64,000 nt of DNA from assembly GCA_964019425.1 (NCBI GenBank), contig OZ025789.1, positions 1,116,001 through 1,180,000 on the forward strand, read 5' to 3'. Shown here piece by piece: positions 36,817 through 47,281 of the stretch. The DNA comes from Flectonema sp. DT1601. Lineage: Eukaryota. Numbering within the stretch: position 1 is the stretch's first letter; every line of letters starts with the position of its first letter. Below the pieces are notes generated by a model. The model saw nothing but the letters and a program-made list of their open reading frames with translations, was not told the DNA's origin and made no database searches. Made by a program: the position numbers and the translations under genes.

Positions 36817-38001
36817 ATGAAACGTGCTGCTTGCATCTTAGCGTTGTTGAGTTCGTCAACAAGTGAGGAAACTGATGAAACAGAGAACATGGTTTATATA
36901 GATGCTGGATTAGTATATATTGGTGATGATGATACGACTTGGAATAAGAATGCTGATGGTGATGGTCCTCAAAGACAGATAAACGTAAAACCTTTTTGGA
37001 TTGATGAAACTTCTGTAACAAACGAACAGTTCAAGAAGTTTGTAAGAGCCACCAAATACAAAACAGAAGCTGAGCAGTACGGATGGTCATTCGTGTTGAG
37101 TTCATTAATAACTGACGAGTCAAAGAAAGACTCACGAACTGAGTCAATCCCTGATGCCAAACATTGGCTTGCTACTTACGGAGCATACTGGAGAATGCCT
37201 GAAGGAAAGGGTTCCTCAACTAAATCTCGTAGTAACCATCCTGTAGTCCATGTTGGATACAGTGATGCTTGGGAATACTGCAAGTGGTTAGGAAAGCGAC
37301 TTCCATACGAATCGGAATGGGAAACAGCTGCTAGAGGAGGAGCATCTACCAAATCATATCCTTGGGGTAGTAAACCTTTAAAGAATAACAATCATATGAT
37401 GAATATTTGGCAAGGAACTTTTCCTTCTGATAACTCAGAAGAAGATGGTTACCATGGAACTGCTCCAGTCGATGCCTACCCTCCAAACACGAAAGGTCTT
37501 TATGGAATGTTAGGAAATGTATGGGAGTGGACACAGACATTGTATTCAAAGGGTAACAGAGAGAAGGAGGAATTACCAAAATTTGTACTAAAAGGAGGAT
37601 CGTTTGTTGACAGCATTGATGGAACGTTTAATCACTTTACAAGAACTGCTACTCGTATGGGGAACACTCCAGACTCTGGGTCACACAATACTGGTTTTAG
37701 ATGTGCTAAAGACGGTGAATCTGGAACACCAAATGCTGACAGACCTCGAGGACCTGGAGGTAAGGCAGCCATGCAAGACCAAGACATGCTTCAACAAATT
37801 ATAGCAGAGAAGGGTGTTGAAGGTCTTCAGGATTACATGAAAGAAGTTGGAATGGGGGGATCGGTCATGACACCGAACCAGCTGAAGGAACAACAAGAAA
37901 AGTTAAAAGACCAGAGAACCCAACTGGAATCTGAAGCTGAGAGATACGAACGAATTAAAAAGGAAATGGATGCTGAAAGACGCGCTGAAGAAGAACTCTA
38001 A
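36817..38001 (+). CDS. SUMF2: Formylglycine-generating enzyme family, SUMF2/pFGE-like (lacks catalytic cysteines)
   Basis: FGE motifs HPVVHV, RLPYESEWE and GNVWEW. The segment DSIDGTFNHFTRTATRMGNTPDS replaces the CHxSYC motif. The protein ends EEEL. Confidence 0.82.
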   Translation: MKRAACILALLSSSTSEETDETENMVYIDAGLVYIGDDDTTWNKNADGDGPQRQINVKPFWIDETSVTNEQFKKFVRATKYKTEAEQYGWSFVLSSLITDESKKDSRTESIPDAKHWLATYGAYWRMPEGKGSSTKSRSNHPVVHVGYSDAWEYCKWLGKRLPYESEWETAARGGASTKSYPWGSKPLKNNNHMMNIWQGTFPSDNSEEDGYHGTAPVDAYPPNTKGLYGMLGNVWEWTQTLYSKGNREKEELPKFVLKGGSFVDSIDGTFNHFTRTATRMGNTPDSGSHNTGFRCAKDGESGTPNADRPRGPGGKAAMQDQDMLQQIIAEKGVEGLQDYMKEVGMGGSVMTPNQLKEQQEKLKDQRTQLESEAERYERIKKEMDAERRAEEEL

Positions 38002-38495
38002 ATCTGATTCAGATTAAAATTTTACCCAACGAAAGCGAGGCATCGCTAAATCAAAAAAGTGATATGATCTTCACGGTCAAAGTTCATACGCTATCGGCAT
38101 TCCTTAAGCAATACAGTAGTAGGTTTTTATGGGGGAAACAGTGTATGGGTTTAAGCAACCCATTCCGTCAAATCCCTCACTCTAACTGCTATTGTAACAA
38201 ACGTTTTCATTATTTATTTATTTATTTTTTTTTAAAACATTTTTTTTTTTCGTTCGTGTTTTGATTTATTTCAAGTGTGCTCTCTCTCACCGAATCTTTC
38301 ATCTAAAGGTTTGGTACTTCTTCGCAAACGGTAGAGGTTGGTTACTCCAATCCCCTCCGTTTATGTTGCGTGTTTTTAAGATATTTATTACACATTTTGT
38401 ATTGAATATTAATATCTATTTTGTTATAACAGAATATATGAAATGAGTAAGGCTTCGTAAAGGGAAGGTTTTTCCAAACGTAAACACGGAGTCAA

Positions 38496-39236
38496 ATGGT
38501 GGCGCATAGTAGATCTGCATCACCACAATATTATGATCATACATTAACAAAAGCTGATCGAGATACGATGGCTGAGGTTGGTATCTTAGCTGAAGGATTA
38601 TTAAATGAAACAAATCCACGAGGAAGAAACCGACAGTCACAAACACCACATCCACATAGTTCCTTACAGATACCGACATCACCTGAGGGTGTAGTCAGTC
38701 AGAGTCATGGGTTTTTTAACTTCGGTATATTAGGTCATCGACCGCACAGCATGAGAGCTCTGATCGCTCAAGTCTCGATTCTATCTGTTGTTGTTACTCT
38801 TTGTTTAGTATTCTTAGAGGAGGGATATTTACCTGACATGAAAACAGAGACTCTAAAGTTGGACGCATTTCACTCTGTGGCGCAGGCAATGTCTGAAAAG
38901 TCAATAATTTGTTCTCTAACTGCTGTTGAGTTACGCTCTGAAGAAGATGCAATCATCGCACGTGATACTGAAGACGTGAATAGTAAACACTTCAGAGCTT
39001 ATCAGTCACTCGATATTCTACCTCAAGAACGTCTTCGTCGTTTATCTTCTGAACGAGGGATAACATCGGCAATCATTTCCGATATCAGTCTTTTAAAGGG
39101 AGCTCAATGTGCTACAAATGAACTTTGCAAACCTTCACTACAGCAACTTCGATCCGCCGTTGACAATCCTCGCTTGGTCATAAATAAATATGTTGCGAGT
39201 GGAAAGTCAAAATGCTTTGATCGGCACTTGTCATAG
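38496..39236 (+). CDS. Hypothetical single-TM protein
   Basis: 246-aa ORF with one hydrophobic segment. Confidence 0.65.
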   Translation: MVAHSRSASPQYYDHTLTKADRDTMAEVGILAEGLLNETNPRGRNRQSQTPHPHSSLQIPTSPEGVVSQSHGFFNFGILGHRPHSMRALIAQVSILSVVVTLCLVFLEEGYLPDMKTETLKLDAFHSVAQAMSEKSIICSLTAVELRSEEDAIIARDTEDVNSKHFRAYQSLDILPQERLRRLSSERGITSAIISDISLLKGAQCATNELCKPSLQQLRSAVDNPRLVINKYVASGKSKCFDRHLS

Positions 39237-40005
39237 CCCGAAGAATGATCATCGGTGACACACTCTATGTTATAGTGAACATTTTGCGTCAACTTTGATT
39301 TTTTTAAGAAAATAATATGATGACGATTTGAAAGAAGGAAAATAATTTTTAAAAAAAAAAAAAAATATGAAATGATTCCATTATGAATAAAAATTAAAAA
39401 AAAAAAAAAAAAAAAAAGGGAGAGGGGGAAAACAAAAAAGAATCGGCAAACGTCACTTTTTTACTTACTCACACTTTTATTTTGTTTGTGCGCAACCGGG
39501 ACAAAATCCTAATAAAGGAATAGGTTAGTTTACGCTGCCACAATTCTCTTTCTACCGAACAATGGGTTTTGTAGGTACAAAAAAAGAAACCCAACAACAA
39601 TTAATTTTTCTAGCTAAATTGTGTTGCCCTAAATAGTACAGAAGGGAAAAAAAAAAAAAGAAAAGTTGAGCAGAAGTTATTTTTAAACTTCAACCAAATA
39701 GCAAGCTGATCTATCCTCCTCCCCTGAAATTACTTAAAAAAATTAAAATAACCTGCTTCTTTCTACACTGTAAGACAACACAGAAAAGGAGACAGACAAC
39801 AATCAGAAACATTCATTCCCTTGAAGTCTGATTTTTTTTTTTTTTTTTGTTCAGTTGCAAAATCGATTTTAGCTCTAAACCCTTTCTAAGGTTCTTCCTT
39901 TCGTATCTAACATTATATATCTGAGAGAAATATACTGATTGTGTTTTTTTTTTTTTTTGTTAAATTTTTATTTTATTTGTGTTTTTTTATTTTCTAAAGT
40001 ATAAA

Positions 40006-40446
40006 ATGGGACTCATGGAAGGACGTATATCAATTGCTGGATGTGAAGACCAACAACAGATGGAATGGTTAATTGATAAGCTCCTTAGAGAACAACAAGA
40101 AAGTCGTCATCGTGAACAACTAACTGCGAGTAGTATCCAACATGTTTCAGAGTCAATGAATAATCTACATGAAAAGGTTGGCTATCTTTACAGAGAGAAT
40201 GCGTCTTTGAAAACTCAATTAGCAGCTGCGGCACATCAGACTAGTCAATCAGACGAAATTGGTCTCCCGAACATAAAATTGTCATCTGATGAGGATGTTT
40301 TAAATCAACTTAAGTCTTGGTTTGACGATCGCTGTAAACTCCAATCTGTTATCAAAGCACAACAAGAAGAGATACTTACCCTCACTAAAACAGTCAGACA
40401 GTTGACTAGAGTCGCTGCTGCTGGACATTCATCTATTGGTACGTGA
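40006..40446 (+). CDS. Hypothetical coiled-coil protein
   Basis: ATG at 40006 follows a T-rich AG acceptor. Composition is heptad-like Q/E/L. Confidence 0.6.
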   Translation: MGLMEGRISIAGCEDQQQMEWLIDKLLREQQESRHREQLTASSIQHVSESMNNLHEKVGYLYRENASLKTQLAAAAHQTSQSDEIGLPNIKLSSDEDVLNQLKSWFDDRCKLQSVIKAQQEEILTLTKTVRQLTRVAAAGHSSIGT

Positions 40447-40559
40447 TTCTTACCTTATTATTTAGATTATTTAGATTGAAATTTTTTTTAAATTTCTTAT
40501 TGATTTATAATTACTAGCAAAAGTTTCATTCTATAGCAGCTTCAAACTCAAAAGTAAAT

Positions 40560-41042
40560 ATGAAGAGAGGTCATAGACTTAAAAGTGAGCCTGCATGGCG
40601 TCCTGGTTGTGTTCAGATGGACTCAAGGTCGACAGTTGAGAGTACGATCAATAATTCAAAAACAAGTTGTAAAGTATTATCAACCCTTAAGGCAGAAGGA
40701 AAATATGAAAAACCTAATTTACTCACTGAAGAGGAAGAACGTCGTCAAGCCAATGGACGTAAAGCGATAATTGCATACGAACACGATCTTGAAAAGAGAA
40801 TTGAGAATAGTCGTCTACGAAAAGAATCGAACGATGATATTTCCAGGTTACTTCAGCATGACTTTCTTATTCCTCAACCACATCGAAAGGTTGGTCCTCC
40901 GAATATTATAAACAGAAATATTAAAAATACGAAAAAATTTAGAAAATTTAGATCTGAAGATGCTGCAATACCAGGTCGTGGACCACCTCCCAGATCAACC
41001 CAAACGAGACCGGCGACACTCGCATATGTACTGACTTCGTAA
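40560..41042 (+). CDS. Hypothetical basic protein (3' end may be spliced)
   Basis: 160-aa ORF directly after an AG acceptor. Confidence 0.55.
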   Translation: MKRGHRLKSEPAWRPGCVQMDSRSTVESTINNSKTSCKVLSTLKAEGKYEKPNLLTEEEERRQANGRKAIIAYEHDLEKRIENSRLRKESNDDISRLLQHDFLIPQPHRKVGPPNIINRNIKNTKKFRKFRSEDAAIPGRGPPPRSTQTRPATLAYVLTS

Positions 41043-41373
41043 TTTTGATACTTTCGGTAATCTCTTTCTGTTAGATACTACGCAATAGAATCGTATAGCA
41101 CAGCATTGCTACTTTATAATATTATTGTACGGCCAGTCTTTTGACTGTGTCAATCTTGTACCGTATTTTTGTTAATCCCAATTGTGTAATTATTAGTTAT
41201 TTTATTTTATATTTGTTTCCTTCTTATCATTTTTTCTTTTTTAAAAACAGTTTATTGTTCTGAGGATGAACAGTCAGACTTCTATAAGGATATTTAGACA
41301 GTTTTCGATAAAAAGTTTTCTTATTCAGTTACACAATAATAATATCTGAAGAACAAATCTTGGGTAGGACGTC

Positions 41374-44300
41374 ATGAGCCTCGATATACTAGCGTATGTA
41401 ACTTTACTTTTTTTTATTTTTATTTTATTTGTTGTTCCTGGAGTGATTATAAATTTGTACAAATCCATTTTCCTGAACGTGTTATCGATGATACCAATAC
41501 AAATATCTGAGACTTGCAGATGACCAATCTTCTTGTTTACGAGGTCGTTGATTCCCTTCTCTCTGTTGTTCGAACTTGTTCTCTTCTACTGTTTCTTTGG
41601 AATGATTATAAATTTGTACAAATCCATTTTCCTGAACGTGTTATCGATGATACCAATACAAATATCTGAGACTTGCAGATGACCAATCTTCTTGTTTGCG
41701 AGGTCGTTGATTCCCTTCTCTTTGTTGTTCGAACTTGTTATCTACTACTGTTCTTTTGGAGTGATTATAAATTTGTACAAATCCATTTTCCTGAACGTGT
41801 TATCGATGATACCAATACAAATATCTGAGACTTGCAGATGACCAATCTTCTTGTTTACGAGGTCGTTGATTCCCTTCTCTCTGTTGTTCGAACTTGTTCT
41901 CTACTACTGTTCTTTTGGAGTGATTATAAATTTGTACAAATCCATTTTCCTGAACGCGTTATCGATGATACCAATACAAATATCTGAGACTTGCAGATGA
42001 CCAATCTTCTTGTTTACGAGGTCGTTGATTCCCTTCTCTCTGTTGTTCGTACTTGTTCTCTTCTACTGTTCCTTTGGAGTGATTATAAATTTGTACAAAT
42101 CCATTTTCCTGAACGTGTTATCGATGATACCAATACAAATATCTGAGACTTGCAGATGACCAATCTTCTTGTTTACGAGGTCGTTGATTCCCGTCTCTCT
42201 GTTGTTCGAACTTGTTCTCTTCTACTGTTTCTTTGGAATGATTATAAATTTGTACAAATCCATTTTCCTGAACGTGTTATCGATGATACCAATACAAATA
42301 TCTGAGACTTGCAGATGACCAATCTTCTTGTTTGCGAGGTCGTTGATTCCCTTCTCTTTGTTGTTCGAACTTGTTATCTACTACTGTTCTTTTGGAGTGA
42401 TTATAAATTTGTACAAATCCATTTTCCTGAACGTGTTATCGATGATACCAATACAAATATCTGAGACTTGCAGATGACCAATCTTCTTGTTTACGAGGTC
42501 GTTGATTCCCTTCTCTCTGTTGTTCGAACTTGTTCTCTACTACTGTTCTTTTGGAGTGATTATAAATTTGTACAAATCCATTTTCCTGAACGTGTTATCG
42601 ATGATACCAATACAAATATCTGAGACTTGCAGATGACCAATCTTCTTGTTTACGAGGTCGTTGATTCCCTTCTCTCTGTTGTTCGTACTTGTTCTCTTCT
42701 ACTGTTCCTTTGGAGTGATTATAAATTTGTACAAATCCATTTTCCTGAACGTGTTATCGATGATACCAATACAAATATCTGAGACTTGCAGATGACCAAT
42801 CTTCTTGTTTACGAGGTCGTTGATTCCCTTCTCTCTGTTGTTCGAACTTGTTCTCTACTACTGTTCTTTTGGAGTGATTATAAATTTGTACAAATCCATT
42901 TTCCTGAACGTGTTATCGATGATACCAATACAAATATCTGAGACTTGCAGATGACCAATCTTCTTGTTTACGAGGTCGTTGATTCCCTTCTCTCTGTTGT
43001 TCGAACTTGTTCTCTACTACTGTTCTTTTGGAGTGATTATAAATTTGTACAAATCCATTTTCCTGAACGTGTTATCGATGATACCAATACAAATATCTGA
43101 GACTTGCAGATGACCAATCTTCTTGTTTACGAGGTCGTTGATTCCCTTCTCTCTGTTGTTCGAACTTGTTCTCTTCTACTGTTCTTTTGGAGTGATTATA
43201 AATTTGTACAAATCCATTTTCCTGAACGTGTTATCGATGATACCAATACAAATATCTGAGACTTGCAGATGACCAATCTTCTTGTTTACGAGGTCGTTGA
43301 TTCCCTTCTCTCTGTTGTTCGTACTTGTTCTCTACTACTGTTCTTTTGGAGTGATTATAAATTTGTACAAATCCATTTTCCTGAACGTGTTATCGATGAT
43401 ACCAATACAAATATCTGAGACTTGCAGATGACCAATCTTCTTGTTTACGAGGTCGTTGATTCCCTTCTCTCTGTTGTTCGAACTTGTTCTCTTCTACTGT
43501 TCTTTTGGAGTGATTATAAATTTGTACAAATCCATTTTCCTGAACGTGTTATCGATGATACCAATACAAATATCTGAGACTTGCAGATGACCAATCTTCT
43601 TGTTTACGAGGTCGTTGATTCCCTTCTCTCTGTTGTTCGAACTTGTTCTCTTCTACTGTTCTTTTGGAGTGATTATAAATTTGTACAAATCCATTTTCCT
43701 GAACGTGTTATCGATGATACCAATACAAATATCTGAGACTTGCAGATGACCAATCTTCTTGTTTACGAGGTCGTTGATTCCCTTCTCTCTGTTGTTCGAA
43801 CTTGTTCTCTACTACTGTTCTTTTGGAGTGATTATAAATTTGTACAAATCCATTTTCCTGAACGTGTTATCGATGATACCAATACAAATATCTGAGACTT
43901 GCAGATGACCAATCTTCTTGTTTACGAGGTCGTTGATTCCCTTCTCTCTGTTGTTCGAACTTGTTCTCTTCTACTGTTCTTTTGGAGTGATTATAAATTT
44001 GTACAAATCCATTTTCCTGAACGTGTTATCGATGATACCAATACAAATATCTGAGACTTGCAGATGACCAATCTTCTTGTTTACGAGGTCGTTGATTCCC
44101 TTCTCTCTGTTGTTCGAACTTGTTCTCTACTACTGTTCTTTTGGAGTGATTATAAATTTGTACAAATCCATTTTCCTGAACGTGTTATCGATGATACCAA
44201 TACAAATATCTGAGACTTGCAGATGACCAATCTTCTTGTTTACGAGGTCGTTGATTCCCTTCTCTCTGTTGTTCGTACTTGTTCTCTACTACTGTTCTTT

Positions 44301-47051
44301 TGGAGTGATTATAAATTTGTACAAATCCATTTTCCTGAACGTGTTATCGATGATACCAATACAAATATCTGAGACTTGCAGATGACCAATCTTCTTGTTT
44401 ACGAGGTCGTTGATTCCCTTCTCTCTGTTGTTCGAACTTGTTCTCTTCTACTGTTCTTTTGGAGTGATTATAAATTTGTACAAATCCATTTTCCTGAACG
44501 TGTTATCGATGATACCAATACAAATATCTGAGACTTGCAGATGACCAATCTTCTTGTTTACGAGGTCGTTGATTCCCTTCTCTCTGTTGTTCGTACTTGT
44601 TCTCTTCTACTGTTCCTTTGGAGTGATTATAAATTTGTACAAATCCATTTTCCTGAACGTGTTATCGATGATACCAATACAAATATCTGAGACTTGCAGA
44701 TGACCAATCTTCTTGTTTACGAGGTCGTTGATTCCCGTCTCTCTGTTGTTCGAACTTGTTCTCTTCTACTGTTTCTTTGGAATGATTATAAATTTGTACA
44801 AATCCATTTTCCTGAACGTGTTATCGATGATACCAATACAAATATCTGAGACTTGCAGATGACCAATCTTCTTGTTTGCGAGGTCGTTGATTCCCTTCTC
44901 TTTGTTGTTCGAACTTGTTATCTACTACTGTTCTTTTGGAGTGATTATAAATTTGTACAAATCCATTTTCCTGAACGTGTTATCGATGATACCAATACAA
45001 ATATCTGAGACTTGCAGATGACCAATCTTCTTGTTTACGAGGTCGTTGATTCCCTTCTCTCTGTTGTTCGAACTTGTTCTCTACTACTGTTCTTTTGGAG
45101 TGATTATAAATTTGTACAAATCCATTTTCCTGAACGTGTTATCGATGATACCAATACAAATATCTGAGACTTGCAGATGACCAATCTTCTTGTTTACGAG
45201 GTCGTTGATTCCCTTCTCTCTGTTGTTCGTACTTGTTCTCTTCTACTGTTCCTTTGGAGTGATTATAAATTTGTACAAATCCATTTTCCTGAACGTGTTA
45301 TCGATGATACCAATACAAATATCTGAGACTTGCAGATGACCAATCTTCTTGTTTACGAGGTCGTTGATTCCCTTCTCTCTGTTGTTCGAACTTGTTCTCT
45401 TCTACTGTTCTTTTGGAGTGATTATAAATTTGTACAAATCCATTTTCCTGAACGTGTTATCGATGATACCAATACAAATATCTGAGACTTGCAGATGACC
45501 AATCTTCTTGTTTACGAGGTCGTTGATTCCCTTCTCTCTGTTGTTCGTACTTGTTCTCTACTACTGTTCTTTTGGAGTGATTATAAATTTGTACAAATCC
45601 ATTTTCCTGAACGTGTTATCGATGATACCAATACAAATATCTGAGACTTGCAGATGACCAATCTTCTTGTTTACGAGGTCGTTGATTCCCTTCTCTCTGT
45701 TGTTCGAACTTGTTCTCTTCTACTGTTCTTTTGGAGTGATTATAAATTTGTACAAATCCATTTTCCTGAACGTGTTATCGATGATACCAATACAAATATC
45801 TGAGACTTGCAGATGACCAATCTTCTTGTTTACGAGGTCGTTGATTCCCTTCTCTCTGTTGTTCGAACTTGTTCTCTACTACTGTTCTTTTGGAGTGATT
45901 ATAAATTTGTACAAATCCATTTTCCTGAACGTGTTATCGATGATACCAATACAAATATCTGAGACTTGCAGATGACCAATCTTCTTGTTTACGAGGTCGT
46001 TGATTCCCTTCTCTCTGTTGTTCGAACTTGTTCTCTTCTACTGTTCTTTTGGAGTGATTATAAATTTGTACAAATCCATTTTCCTGAACGTGTTATCGAT
46101 GATACCAATACAAATATCTGAGACTTGCAGATGACCAATCTTCTTGTTTACGAGGTCGTTGATTCCCTTCTCTCTGTTGTTCGAACTTGTTCTCTACTAC
46201 TGTTCTTTTGGAGTGATTATAAATTTGTACAAATCCATTTTCCTGAACGTGTTATCGATGATACCAATACAAATATCTGAGACTTGCAGATGACCAATCT
46301 TCTTGTTTACGAGGTCGTTGATTCCCTTCTCTCTGTTGTTCGTACTTGTTCTCTACTACTGTTCTTTTGGAGTGATTATAAATTTGTACAAATCCATTTT
46401 CCTGAACGTGTTATCGATGATACCAATACAAATATCTGAGACTTGCAGATGACCAATCTTCTTGTTTGCGAGGTCGTTGATTCCCTTCTCTTTGTTGTTC
46501 GAACTTGTTATCTACTACTGTTCTTTTGGAGTGATTATAAATTTGTACAAATCCATTTTCCTGAACGCGTTATCGATGATACCAATACAAATATCTGAGA
46601 CTTGCAGATGACCAATCTTCTTGTTTACGAGGTCGTTGATTCCCTTCTCTCTGTTGTTCGTACTTGTTCTCTACTACTGTTCTTTTGGAGTGATTATAAA
46701 TTTGTACAAATCCATTTTCCTGAACGTGTTATCGATGATACCAATACAAATATCTGAGACTTGCAGATGACCAATCTTCTTGTTTACGGTCCGTTCTCTA
46801 TTGTACCCTTATCTAGATGACCGATTACGCATTGATAATTATTTTAAAATAAATAATACAGGACGGATCTTAACTCTGAATACTCTAAAGTTGATCTTAC
46901 ACTTGAAAAGACTCCAACTTCTTCCCTCTTAACAAAGGAGTGTAGTACTATAAAGAGTTCTTGGAAGACATCGACTGGATCATTGAAAAGTGTTTATAAA
47001 CAAAGTTATAAAGCAACTGGTTGTCATGACGTGACAGGTTCATTGAAGTAA
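41374..47051 (+). CDS. Possible small two-exon ORF (41374..41393 + 46862..47051) whose intron holds the satellite
   Basis: A GTATGT donor at 41394 and an AATAATACAG acceptor at 46861 give an open 69-aa frame MSLDILATDLNSEYSK...SLK*. Confidence 0.35.
41433..46788. repeat. 159-bp tandem satellite, ~33.7 near-identical copies
   Basis: GA(G/A)TGATTATAAATTTGTAC recurs at 41441, 41600, 41759 and so on. Only a few variable positions and no unique spacers. Confidence 0.98.
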
Positions 47052-47281
47052 TGTTTTTTTCAATATTTGTGTTTGTTTTTATGTTTTTCATAAAAAACAT
47101 CCAAATCAATTCACTGTAGCCAATTACACCGATTTTTTGTTAAATGTTTAGTACACAAGCTATCCTTACTAAGGTACCTTGATTGCTTGTCATAAAGTGT
47201 ATTTCGATGTGATAATTAATATCTTTTTAATGTAATTGAAAATCCAGAGTATGAATTTTTAAAAAAGAAACAAAAAGAACG

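Noticed and set aside
41433..46788. CRISPR array
   Set aside because: The units are contiguous 159-bp near-identical monomers with no unique spacers, there are no cas genes, and the context is eukaryotic.
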